The notes below the pieces were generated by a model, which saw nothing but the letters and a program-made list of their open reading frames with translations, was not told the origin of the DNA and did not search any database. The translations under genes and the position numbers were made by a program. DNA of 64,000 nt. Origin: a virus. Positions 51,023 to 60,902 of this stretch are shown here, in pieces (position 1 is the stretch's first letter; each line of letters starts with the position of its first letter). Location: positions 31,314 to 95,313 of the IMG/VR virus record IMGVR_UViG_3300037575_000021; one strand, written 5' to 3'.

Positions 51023-51436
51023 ATGAAAGTAGAATTCAAAGGGGTTCCCCCTCAATACATGACAAATGGTGCAGCTGGGGCCGATCTAGCTTGCTTCGTG
51101 GATACAGTTATAGAACCCGGGCAAGAGGTCTTAGTCCCCACAGGGACCAAAGTAGCTATCCCAGAGGGTCACTTCGGGATGCTGGTCCCCCGCAGCTCTA
51201 CATGTCGAAAGAAACTATTAGAACTAACTAACAGTGTTGGTATTATAGATTCTGACTATAGAGGTGAGCTTATGTTCTCCTACCGGAATATAGGCCGTCA
51301 GGATGTCCATATCGGTGCAGGAGAGCGAATTGGGCAGTTAGTTATCCTACCCTACGTGAAGGCTGATCTGGTGCTCGTAGAGGAGCTTACAGACACCGAG
51401 AGAGGGGAAGGCGGATTCGGATCCACTGGACAATAA
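51023..51436 (+). CDS. dut: Trimeric dUTPase
   Basis: AGADL, PRSS, GIIDSDYRGE, RGEGGFGSTG. Confidence 0.95.
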   Translation: MKVEFKGVPPQYMTNGAAGADLACFVDTVIEPGQEVLVPTGTKVAIPEGHFGMLVPRSSTCRKKLLELTNSVGIIDSDYRGELMFSYRNIGRQDVHIGAGERIGQLVILPYVKADLVLVEELTDTERGEGGFGSTGQ

Positions 51437-51446
51437 GGAAGATAAT

Positions 51447-52691
51447 GTGGTTTTATCAGATGATATTAAGTTAGAAATCATCCAAATGGATAGCGAGGGG
51501 CTCGGATCCCGAAAGATCGCTAAGGAATTAAACATCGGGAAGTCTACTGTTGGTGACTTCCTACGTAAAAAGACCTATCAGAAATGGTGGGCAGAATATG
51601 AAGCAGGTGCTCAGGAGCCTCAGGAGACCTCTGAGGAGGAGATCATCGACGAGCTATGTGATAGCCCTGATGAGCATGTAGCTAACTTAGCTAAGCGTCT
51701 ACGCACAGCTCAGCGGTCTAATACACAACTCCGTAGAGTGATTAATGGATCTGTTGACCAGACTGATCACTTCGAGGATATGATTAAGGCAGTTGAAGCA
51801 GCTACACGCAACCTTGGTGGTGGTATAGTTGTCAAGAATGACTATAAGAAAGCTAAAGGTTCTACCCTAGCAACTGCTGAGATCCTATTCAGTGACTACC
51901 AGATCGGTAAGATTGGTCAGTATTACAACAGTGAGTTGGCCCACAAGGCTATGGCCAAGTACTCTAAGTCAATCCTTGAGGAATTAGCTAATGAAGAGTA
52001 CACCTTCGAGCGTATCATCTTAGCAAGCCTTGGTGATACAGTTGAGGATCACTTGAAGCATGGAGTCCAATCAGCTACATCAACCGATAGTGGGTTGGCA
52101 GAACAGATGGCTAACGCTATTGAGTACATGTGGACTTACCTGATCCAACCTCTAGGTGTGTTAGAGATCCCAATGGAAGTGTACTGCATTGCAGGTAACC
52201 ACGGATCATCTCAGCACAAAGGGATGGATATGTTCAAGGCTGGACTATACAGCTACGACTATGTGATCTACAAAGCTCTTGAGGGCTACTGTAAGGTTCG
52301 TGGTTGGGATCATATCACCTTCGTTATTCCTGAGGGTGTGTTTGGCTACACAGAGATTTATGGTCGTGGTGTAGTTTATGAACATGGCTACTTCAACAGT
52401 TGTACTGAGAAGTCCCTACAGGATCAGAAAGCCAAGCGAAGCCAACAACTAAAACGACACATTGAGTATTTCCGTTGTGGAGATATGCATCACGTATGTG
52501 ATTACAATTGTGGTCAAGAGGTTGTTAACGGGGCTTTCTTCGGTGTTGACAATGGTGGTGAGGAGTACAGTGGTATCTTAGGGTTTAACTCTATCCCAGC
52601 ACAGAAGATGATGGTGCACACAAGAGAGGCCTCTATTGGTCGTAACACCATTAAAAGGAATATCAACATTCAAGTAGCGGATGGTTATTAA
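51447..52691 (+). CDS. HTH plus metallophosphoesterase
   Basis: N-terminal SRKIAKELNIGKSTV; SDYQ, LGD, GNHG, EHG, GDMHH. Confidence 0.8.
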   Translation: MVLSDDIKLEIIQMDSEGLGSRKIAKELNIGKSTVGDFLRKKTYQKWWAEYEAGAQEPQETSEEEIIDELCDSPDEHVANLAKRLRTAQRSNTQLRRVINGSVDQTDHFEDMIKAVEAATRNLGGGIVVKNDYKKAKGSTLATAEILFSDYQIGKIGQYYNSELAHKAMAKYSKSILEELANEEYTFERIILASLGDTVEDHLKHGVQSATSTDSGLAEQMANAIEYMWTYLIQPLGVLEIPMEVYCIAGNHGSSQHKGMDMFKAGLYSYDYVIYKALEGYCKVRGWDHITFVIPEGVFGYTEIYGRGVVYEHGYFNSCTEKSLQDQKAKRSQQLKRHIEYFRCGDMHHVCDYNCGQEVVNGAFFGVDNGGEEYSGILGFNSIPAQKMMVHTREASIGRNTIKRNINIQVADGY

Positions 52692-54062
52692 TGTGTTATA
52701 TTGATGGCGGTGAGGTAGGAGGTAATGAGTTCCTATCTCCTTGGGATAAGCGCAGGCAGTTAGATCTGTTTGGGCCTGACCCATCCCTGATTGATCCCAA
52801 AGTGATAGAGGATTTTGAGAAGTACCTTAAGGACACTCTGGATAATCATACCAATGCGACAGGTGTAGGGCCATTGGAAACCCCAAGACCTGTTGAGATT
52901 GATGCTCATTATTCTCTTGAGTACTTCCTTCAGGATGATGAAGTAGAGAAAAGGTACATCCGTATGGATCCTTACCGAGTTGCTAAGACTTGGAGATTAT
53001 CTCAAAGGGATTCCACAGGGGGATTGTTCCACATCCTTAAGACTCTGGCGAGGAATAAGGTAGGGAACACAATGGAACGTGAGATTAAAGCTATCTACAA
53101 AACGATTAAGCGGGTAGCTGAGATTGAAGGAGTTGACTTAGAATGAGTCACGTTGAAACAATAAAACAGAAAGCACTTGATATCATCAATGACTGGATCT
53201 ATGACTACGATTCTTGGGATGGTGATGATCTTAGTGAGGAAGAGATGGATGAGATCTGGGAAACCCTAGATAACGTTACCATCAAAGTAGATGTGGAGGT
53301 ACATGATGAGTGAACCAAGAGCTGTAGTATCAGCAATCTTTGAAATCCAAGCGCCAATGGTTAGCTTTGAAGAGTTTATGGATCAGGTAGCTGAGGTGGT
53401 TAACCCTGATGCTGTGAATATAACCTACGTAAGGGTTCCAGATCTTAATGGCGATGAGGTAGATGAGATCGAATACATCGAGTTTAAAGATGATCGGTTC
53501 CGTCTAGATAAAGCTGTTGATCGAGCAAGTGGAGAGGTTGTTTACCTTCTAGGGTTTGACCTAGCAGATAACCCTGACTATGATCATTGTTACTCTATCA
53601 GTGAAACAACATCGGTTGAGATAGAGAAAGAGGTTACTAATATTCTTGGGGAAGAGATTACAGCTCTTTTCGCAGATGTTCAGATTGCTTCATTCATCTA
53701 CTCGAATGGGACTGATAAACCAACACCTTGGAAGTTTTAATATGGATGTATTGATCCGGTTATATAAAGATCCAAGTCTACTGTCAACCATGATGAAGAA
53801 GATCATCGCCTCAAGGGATCAGTACTGTATTGATCCCCAAGGGGTTGTTCGAATCAAAAGTAATGGTCAATGGGTTCCTTATTTTGAACTGATTGATCGT
53901 GAAGAGTTGTATGATTTCGATCTATACCATAGGGCTGCAAACATCCTATTCATCTATAACCATCAGTGGGATGAGAACCTATCTCTTCCAGAGTGTCCAA
54001 GATACTTAGTGGAGATGAAGGCCCACTCAATCCATTCAGCACTAGCTGAGGATTTTGAATGA
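52691..54062 (+). CDS. Hypothetical proteins (52691, 53291, 53646)
   Basis: Packed ORFs. Confidence 0.6.
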
Positions 54063-54502
54063 GCACTGTAACCATCTACACAGATGGTGCTTGCAAAGGT
54101 AAGACAAAGATTGGTGGGTGGGGAGCCCACCTAGAATTCAACGGTAAGACCAAAGAGATCTTCGGTGGTGAAAGAGATACCACAAACAATAAGATGGAAC
54201 TTACCGCTGTTATAGAGGCTCTCCGTTGCCTTAAAAGGGCTTGCAAGATCGATCTATGGACAGACTCAGAGTATGTCAAGAGTGGCATTACAGAGTGGGT
54301 ACATAACTGGAAGAAGAGAGGATGGAAAACAGCCTCCGGTAGTCCGGTTAAAAACAAAGAACTCTGGGTTGCTTTAGAGAGCGAGTGTAGTAAGCACAAT
54401 ATTAGTTGGCACTGGGTTAAAGGTCACAGTGGTGACGTTGGGAATGAGAAGGCTGATGATTTAGCCAACAAAGGAGTGGAACAGATTTTAAATGCAACAT
54501 GA
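54059..54502 (+). CDS. rnhA: Ribonuclease HI
   Basis: YTDGAC, TTNNKMEL, TDSEYV, WVKGHSG, NEKAD. Confidence 0.95.
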   Translation: MSTVTIYTDGACKGKTKIGGWGAHLEFNGKTKEIFGGERDTTNNKMELTAVIEALRCLKRACKIDLWTDSEYVKSGITEWVHNWKKRGWKTASGSPVKNKELWVALESECSKHNISWHWVKGHSGDVGNEKADDLANKGVEQILNAT

Positions 54503-55091
54503 TTACAAACGAGTAAAGCAAACCCTTGAACGACTTAAGATATGGGGTTATCAGGGATGTCTAGCAGGTGGTTACCTGAGAGATGTGGATGCAGGTAAGG
54601 ATCCAAAAGATATGGATTTCTTCTTGATCAATGAAACGCTTATAAATATCCAAGGGTATAAGTTAGACAGGGTTGTCGGAGATGAAGATACATCCTCGTT
54701 CCTTCCTGTTGCCAGAGGTAAGCGCCTTGATCGTTATGACGGCATGGAGATGAGGGAAGATGTAGTTGTTCTCTATCAACGTCCTGATAAAGAAACAGAT
54801 TTCATAGCCACACGTAACACTTGCTTCGGAGATCTAGTAGGTAATTTTGATATTAGCGCCTGTCAAATTATTGCTAAACTAGAAGATAATAAGGTTAATG
54901 TGTATGCAACTGAATCATATAAACGATTTGTAGAGACAGGTGTACCTGAACTATTCAGTCCTATCAAAACAAGTCAAGGACATATTGATCGTGTAGCGGA
55001 GAAGTATGGGTCAGTAGAAAGTATTGACAAGACTGATGAAGTTCTGGTACTATATGGCGAACTAACTGAAGGAGGTATTAAGAAATTATGA
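54492..55091 (+). CDS. Nucleotidyltransferase (CCA-adding/poly(A) polymerase head-like)
   Basis: AGGYLRD, DMD, NFDISACQ. Confidence 0.75.
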   Translation: MQHDYKRVKQTLERLKIWGYQGCLAGGYLRDVDAGKDPKDMDFFLINETLINIQGYKLDRVVGDEDTSSFLPVARGKRLDRYDGMEMREDVVVLYQRPDKETDFIATRNTCFGDLVGNFDISACQIIAKLEDNKVNVYATESYKRFVETGVPELFSPIKTSQGHIDRVAEKYGSVESIDKTDEVLVLYGELTEGGIKKL

Positions 55092-55315
55092 GTATTATTC
55101 TAGCAAGCGCACCTTGGTGTGGAAACTGTGGCCCAGCCAAGCTCCTGCTTACACAAGCTGGTATTGAATTTGAAGAGTTCGATATCTCAAGTGATGATGA
55201 TGAAGCACAGATCATGGGTCAGGTTAAGAATCTTCCAACCTTGCTGGTTAACGGTGAAATAGTAGCTGTAGGTGGGCAAGAGATCAAAGAATGGATAGCG
55301 GAGCAGAAGTCGTGA
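55088..55315 (+). CDS. Glutaredoxin/NrdH-like redoxin
   Basis: WCGNC and LPT motifs. Confidence 0.85.
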   Translation: MSIILASAPWCGNCGPAKLLLTQAGIEFEEFDISSDDDEAQIMGQVKNLPTLLVNGEIVAVGGQEIKEWIAEQKS

Positions 55316-56012
55316 GTCTACCTGATGAAAGAAAACTAGAGCTTCAGCAATACCTCATAGATGTTTGTGAGGAGAAGTTGGAGGACGTTATGCCAGAAGT
55401 TATGGCAGCCTTAGAAAACGGTGAGTTATCTAAAGAAGAGGGTGAATATCTTTCCGGTCTCTCATACTACGCAAAGGTTAAGGAACAATAATGGCGATAA
55501 TCGCAGTAAGTTTTATAAGTGAAAGTTCTGATCATTATCTGGTAGTAGCTACTGGTGGCCTTCCTGAGGTTAAGGAAGAAATTGAGAAGCTACCTGAAGA
55601 GTTAGATTACCTATACGTTCAGAACGTTGTGATCAAGGATTCAGATATGGATCCTAGAGAAGTAGAAGATTTTATCAATGGAGGTTGTTAACTATGAGTG
55701 TTAAATTACGTGGTACAGGTCGTTCAGGTGGGAACCAACCTATCAGTCAGATCAGCAACAAAGAATTAAATAAGCGTTTAGAATCTGCCACTGGTGCAGC
55801 CAAAGTTAAGATCTTAAATGAGTTAACTAAGCGAGGTGCTTAATGGCCCTTACTGAAGAAAGAAAGCAAGAGCTGAGAGAGATAATAGAAGGATGCGCCT
55901 TAGATCATATCCATGTAACCATGGCACACCATGATTATTGGGATGATGATATAACAGATGAGGCGGAACTTGACTTCATCTTCGATGAGCTACCGGCAGT
56001 GGAGGTTATAGT

Positions 56013-56477
56013 ATGACTGATGATTTAGAACAAGAATTAGAGAACCAGTTTGGGCAAACAATCGATGTAGAGTTTGACCCCGAGACAGAAGTAAATGATC
56101 TCGAAGACAAGATGCGCGCCTTGAACTATACGGTTACTAAATACATATCGATGTATGATGTTAAACGAACAGGACTTGTTTGGAATAAACTCACAGATAA
56201 GCAGAAGAAAGATCTGTTGTGGGAAGCAGGCCTAGACGTTAGGCACTACAGATACATCACTCACAAGGATGCACACATAACACTTGAAGGTTTGAGAAAG
56301 GAGTGTGTACGGTTTATTTGTGAGGAACGAAGTGATAAGAAATGGATCGATACAGGGTTGGCATCTGATGATGCTTACTTAAAATACAAGAACGACCCAT
56401 CCTTCACTCGAAATATTAAGCAAATGGAAAATTGCTACCTTAATTGGGATCACCAAGTGAGCGCGCTTAAGGAATAG
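56013..56477 (+). CDS. Hypothetical protein
   Basis: ORF with RBS; ends at a bidirectional hairpin (~56481). Confidence 0.65.
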   Translation: MTDDLEQELENQFGQTIDVEFDPETEVNDLEDKMRALNYTVTKYISMYDVKRTGLVWNKLTDKQKKDLLWEAGLDVRHYRYITHKDAHITLEGLRKECVRFICEERSDKKWIDTGLASDDAYLKYKNDPSFTRNIKQMENCYLNWDHQVSALKE

Positions 56478-56513
56478 GAGAGCCCCATAAGGGGCTTGTA
56501 CCCTCCAGAGTTC

Positions 56514-56792
56514 TTAGCTAAGGAAGTTAAGAACTTTTGCAACAATATTCTTGGGCTTGCTTTCGGCGATCTTAGCAACAAGAGCCTGATCAAGCTCAGG
56601 AGATCCTGTCAACTTAGCCTTCTTATTACTTGAGGCTAGCCAATCAACTACCTTCCCTACTTTACCCCACTTCTGAGTGTCCAAGTTGTTAACAGCAACA
56701 GCGGCAACACCCTTCAGCATAATGAAAGCAGTCAAAGCAGTAGCTCCAGCGTACTCGCTAAGAGCAAATTCAATAATAGTATTTAGATCCAT
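56514..56792 (-). CDS. Possible holin
   Basis: TM helix, basic C-terminus, adjacent to the endolysin. Confidence 0.4.
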   Translation of the reverse strand: MDLNTIIEFALSEYAGATALTAFIMLKGVAAVAVNNLDTQKWGKVGKVVDWLASSNKKAKLTGSPELDQALVAKIAESKPKNIVAKVLNFLS

Positions 56793-56802
56793 GGTTTAAC
56801 TC

Positions 56803-57234
56803 CTATGGGTTGAAGAAATATAATTTATTTTTACCAGTTGGTTTTGTATCAACATGCAACCATGTAACCTTATTCTCTATTCGAGTAATGTAAGGTACAG
56901 GTGCCACCTCTTCCTCATACTTAATCAGAGCCTGCCTTAGTGCCTCTGCAGTCCAACCCTTAACCTTTAGATCAAGGGCACAACCCTTAGAGTGCATAGA
57001 TGTCTCTGAGTAATACTCTGAGGACTTAGTTCTTAAGCCGCTCTGCTTGAGGTTACCACCCCAGACCCAGTTATTAATTGTAACTGAGGCCCCACCACAG
57101 AACCCTTTTAGCCAATCGGCAAACTTAAGAACATTCTCATCAAACATAGCCCATATTAGATCCTCGTGAAGCTCGTCACAAAGCTCAGGAGGGGCTAACT
57201 CCTCGATACTGAAGTGTTTACACTTATAAACCAT
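56803..57234 (-). CDS. Peptidase M15-family endolysin
   Basis: SGLR, SMHSKGCALD, WLHVD Zn-ligand motifs. Confidence 0.8.
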   Translation of the reverse strand: MVYKCKHFSIEELAPPELCDELHEDLIWAMFDENVLKFADWLKGFCGGASVTINNWVWGGNLKQSGLRTKSSEYYSETSMHSKGCALDLKVKGWTAEALRQALIKYEEEVAPVPYITRIENKVTWLHVDTKPTGKNKLYFFNP

Positions 57235-57270
57235 AAAAGTTCCTTGTGGGACCAGAGAGGCCCCTTAAAG

Positions 57271-58413
57271 TTAGTTAGTAATAGGCCTTATCTTCACTCT
57301 AGCTTGAGCAAAGGCTGGCATGTTCCCCGTAGTAGGGGCTGTTGCATTTAGGTTGTAGCTAGTATAGGTATTAACATCACACTCATAGTCAGTGGCATCG
57401 CCACCTTCCTCGTAGAGGAAGACTCTAGCGTAACCAGATGATCTGTGCCCTGTCAGTGTAATGTCAAAAGCACCACCCCTAACAATAGGCCCAACCACAC
57501 TAGCAGCCTCAGGGTCAGAAACCCCGTTGATGCTTATCGCTCCAGCGTCTGAAGCGGCTGTAGCAAGAGCTGAGGTAGACTTAGGTGCCACATAGTCGTA
57601 ACCATGGACTGACAACGGGTAAGTCTCTGCGTTGAAATCTACAGAGAACAGTGAGTTAGTGTCACCACTACCATCTACTGCATAGATAACACTAGCCTTA
57701 GCAATGTCATAGGCGTTGTTATCGGAGCCAGCATCAATACCATCGTTGTTACTACCAGTGTTTTGAACACCAGCATCTATGAAGATCGTATTAGTGATAG
57801 GGCCGCAGGTACGAATACCTCGACAGTTCCTAATGATACTACGATCTATTGTAGAGCTTGTGGTTGCCCTCATAGCTCCGTAGAAGCTTCGGTAACAGTT
57901 CTCGATAAGACAATTAGTAACAGCTAGTCCAGATGAGGAAGCGGAGATAGCTCCACAGTGTTGGAGGGTTGCATCCCCAGATAGTATCCAGTTGTTAATT
58001 GTTGTCCATTTGGTTGCACTAACCAAAACCCTATCTAAGGCAACACCTTCAAGTGCTCTAATAATACCAGCCCCGAAAGACTCAGCATCTACAGTCACCT
58101 CATCGTCACGAATACCCATCAAAGCAGTATTTGCAGTGTTGGATTCCTCGGTAAGGATGAAGGGATTGTTATTAGATATTTGGGCCATCAATATTACATT
58201 GTTGCCCACACTTGGTGTTAGGCCATCGAAGTTTAAGTACTCTGTACAAGGAACCCCAGAGGAGTTCCTTAAGTTAACAGTTACTGGGCCATTGTTAAGT
58301 ACTGAGCTACCACCACTATCTGTCCTAATGGCATCTAGGACATCTGCCCAGACAGAGAAAGTTGTAGTTCCATCTGTGAGGGTGGCATCTGTGTCATAAA
58401 TAAAAGTAGCCAT
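57271..58413 (-). CDS. Beta-helix-like virion/appendage protein
   Basis: Pectin-lyase-like repeats (TNCLIENC, NTIF). Confidence 0.55.
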   Translation of the reverse strand: MATFIYDTDATLTDGTTTFSVWADVLDAIRTDSGGSSVLNNGPVTVNLRNSSGVPCTEYLNFDGLTPSVGNNVILMAQISNNNPFILTEESNTANTALMGIRDDEVTVDAESFGAGIIRALEGVALDRVLVSATKWTTINNWILSGDATLQHCGAISASSSGLAVTNCLIENCYRSFYGAMRATTSSTIDRSIIRNCRGIRTCGPITNTIFIDAGVQNTGSNNDGIDAGSDNNAYDIAKASVIYAVDGSGDTNSLFSVDFNAETYPLSVHGYDYVAPKSTSALATAASDAGAISINGVSDPEAASVVGPIVRGGAFDITLTGHRSSGYARVFLYEEGGDATDYECDVNTYTSYNLNATAPTTGNMPAFAQARVKIRPITN

Positions 58414-60857
58414 TATTGTACCTCTATGATGTTAGATATAATATCTGAACCGTATACGGCGGTAACAACATCCACAGTAATAGTTGTGGTTGCTACAGCT
58501 TTACCACCATGAGAGGCTGTTACAGTGAACGTATTGTTCCCTACAGTTGCACTCTTATAGGTTAAGATATTACCATTGATTGTATAATCACCTGCTTCAG
58601 CTATTGTGTAAGTTACAGGATCACCGTCAGCGTTGTTAGCTAGACCTAGTGTTAGGCTACCATTCACATGTTGTGGAACTTGCAAGGTCTGAGGTTGTAG
58701 TCCTAATGCAACAGGGTCATTAAGGTACTCACTCCAGTTTGCAGGAAGCTCGTAACGGTAAATGTCAAGGTTACCAGAAGGTGTACCCCAGTTATTGGTT
58801 ACATAGATACGGTTACCTGCTAGGTTAATACTTGCAGTAGCCTCATCCCAGTAATCGCCCTGATAGAAGTTGTACATTCTACCAATACGCCAGATCTTAG
58901 GATTCTCTGTACCGATGTCCTTGATCTGCATCATGAACAACTGGTGATCAGCCCATTCCTCAGCTCCATTACTGTAGGTAGATACTAAGATCCATCCCTT
59001 ACAGCTTAATGGCATCTGAGCAAAGTGGAACCCTGTGTAGGATAGATTTGCATGATTAGCAAAGTCTATAGTACCCGGGCCTGCATCATCACCAACAGTA
59101 GCATTACTACCTAAGGCGTAACCTTTGTTAGCGCCGCTGATGTATGTTGCTGATAGGACATCCCTACGGTTATCTTGGTAAACAAATAACTCACGACCAT
59201 CTTCAGCAAAAGCCCAACCTGAGTGAGTCTCACTAATGGAGATCTTAAGAGGTTCTTCTGTTGCATGATCGAAGTCAAGAGGCCACAAGTGAGCACCGTC
59301 AAACCAAGTACCTATTGTGCTCTCATTCCATCCAGCGTATGATCTACCTGTATGGATAACAACACCAGTTCCCAGAGGGCTAATCTCAACCATGTTGGGT
59401 CTCTTAGGGAAGGCATCATCATCCTTAAAGGCATCCATATTGGTTCCAGCAAGATCTGAAGGATACAATGTGTGAAGGGTGTCAGTGGAGATCTGGTAGT
59501 GCAAGATAGCAGCAACTTGGAAAGTAGTTCCATCGTAGTATGCCGCCATGAATGCCCAGTGATCAGAGTCTAGAGAACAATCACCTTCTTGGTCATTGTA
59601 GATCTTCTTAACTTGACCATTAGCTGCAGCTGGCCATGTGATATCTGTAGCGAAATCTCTGATTAGAGTTCTGCTTGGGTTAGATCTATCAACATTATTG
59701 TTCTGGGTTACATCAATATGGTTAAATGTAGTACCCTGGACGTAGTAGATCCTATTAGGGAAGTTACCTGTTTTATCCCAACGCATCTCATGAGCCATAC
59801 CTAAAGTACGAATATCTTCACCAGAGTCATTGTAAGCTAGGTAAGCTATTGGATTACCTGTTGCAGTATCTAGGATAGTAGAACTTGTAGAGTTCGTTCC
59901 GAAGGAGATCAGCTTAGTCCCATCAGAGTTCTCTTGAGTCCAACGTGAGTAACCGTTAACAGCATCGGTAGGAGTCTGTTGCATATCAGTTGATGCATCA
60001 GTCATTCTGGTTACGTATGTGCCTGTTGTTGGATCAACAAAAGGAGCTAACTTGTTAGGTGCCCCAGCACCGTAATCGACAGTGATAACAGTTTGATCAG
60101 TCTCTTCTTCTAGGATGTAGTTGTTTGATACCAGAGAGTCATAAGTCGTTACAACAACAACTGAAGTATCTGTGCCACCGTTACCATCATCAGCTGTAAC
60201 GTTTAGAGTCTGTGTTCCTAGAGTGCTAGTGTTGAATATACCTCTGTTAGCCTGAGCACCAGATGCATAATCTGAAGACCCTGTAACTGTGTAGGTGAGG
60301 GTATCTCCATCAACGTCCACTAGTGGCCCTAGGGTAATAGTTAGAGGAGTATTCTGAATAGCTGATAGGTTTTGGTTATTAATCACTGGAGGATTATTAA
60401 CAGGTGTAGGATCAGGAGCTGGTTCAGAACCTCCTGAGGTACGCCACCCCGTTCCTAACTCAGTGTCAAGAAGTTGGATAATCGCTGTTGCTGTTAATGT
60501 TGATGTCTTCCAGCTAGTTCCAATCTCATTATCGATCTTGGTAATAATCTGAGCACCAGTATCTGTACCACCAGTTTTAACATGCCAGTCCTCATCACTG
60601 AAGTATTCAGCTAACGCCTCATTCAGATCCTTACCTTGATAGTAAAGAGCCGACTTAGGTACTGGTATAGGATCTGGGTTTTGAGGATCATACGTATTCA
60701 TGTACTCCTCAAGAGATTCCCTCTCCAAAGCTTCAGAGAATTCTTCAGGGACTGGAACAAGGGATGTATTAGATTGGAGTAGAATATCCTCTACATCTTC
60801 ATCTATTTGATAGGATACTACTTTTCCCTTAACCCTATCATAGTACAATCTTATCAT
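58413..60857 (-). CDS. Large virion/appendage protein with Ig/cadherin-like domains and a probable beta-propeller
   Basis: NNPPV..DVDGDTLTY..DGNGG Ig-like repeat; central propeller-like region. Confidence 0.55.
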   Translation of the reverse strand: MIRLYYDRVKGKVVSYQIDEDVEDILLQSNTSLVPVPEEFSEALERESLEEYMNTYDPQNPDPIPVPKSALYYQGKDLNEALAEYFSDEDWHVKTGGTDTGAQIITKIDNEIGTSWKTSTLTATAIIQLLDTELGTGWRTSGGSEPAPDPTPVNNPPVINNQNLSAIQNTPLTITLGPLVDVDGDTLTYTVTGSSDYASGAQANRGIFNTSTLGTQTLNVTADDGNGGTDTSVVVVTTYDSLVSNNYILEEETDQTVITVDYGAGAPNKLAPFVDPTTGTYVTRMTDASTDMQQTPTDAVNGYSRWTQENSDGTKLISFGTNSTSSTILDTATGNPIAYLAYNDSGEDIRTLGMAHEMRWDKTGNFPNRIYYVQGTTFNHIDVTQNNNVDRSNPSRTLIRDFATDITWPAAANGQVKKIYNDQEGDCSLDSDHWAFMAAYYDGTTFQVAAILHYQISTDTLHTLYPSDLAGTNMDAFKDDDAFPKRPNMVEISPLGTGVVIHTGRSYAGWNESTIGTWFDGAHLWPLDFDHATEEPLKISISETHSGWAFAEDGRELFVYQDNRRDVLSATYISGANKGYALGSNATVGDDAGPGTIDFANHANLSYTGFHFAQMPLSCKGWILVSTYSNGAEEWADHQLFMMQIKDIGTENPKIWRIGRMYNFYQGDYWDEATASINLAGNRIYVTNNWGTPSGNLDIYRYELPANWSEYLNDPVALGLQPQTLQVPQHVNGSLTLGLANNADGDPVTYTIAEAGDYTINGNILTYKSATVGNNTFTVTASHGGKAVATTTITVDVVTAVYGSDIISNIIEVQ

Positions 60858-60902
60858 TAAATTCTACCTGTGAGGATGTGAAGGCCCCGAAGGGCCTAAT
60901 TA

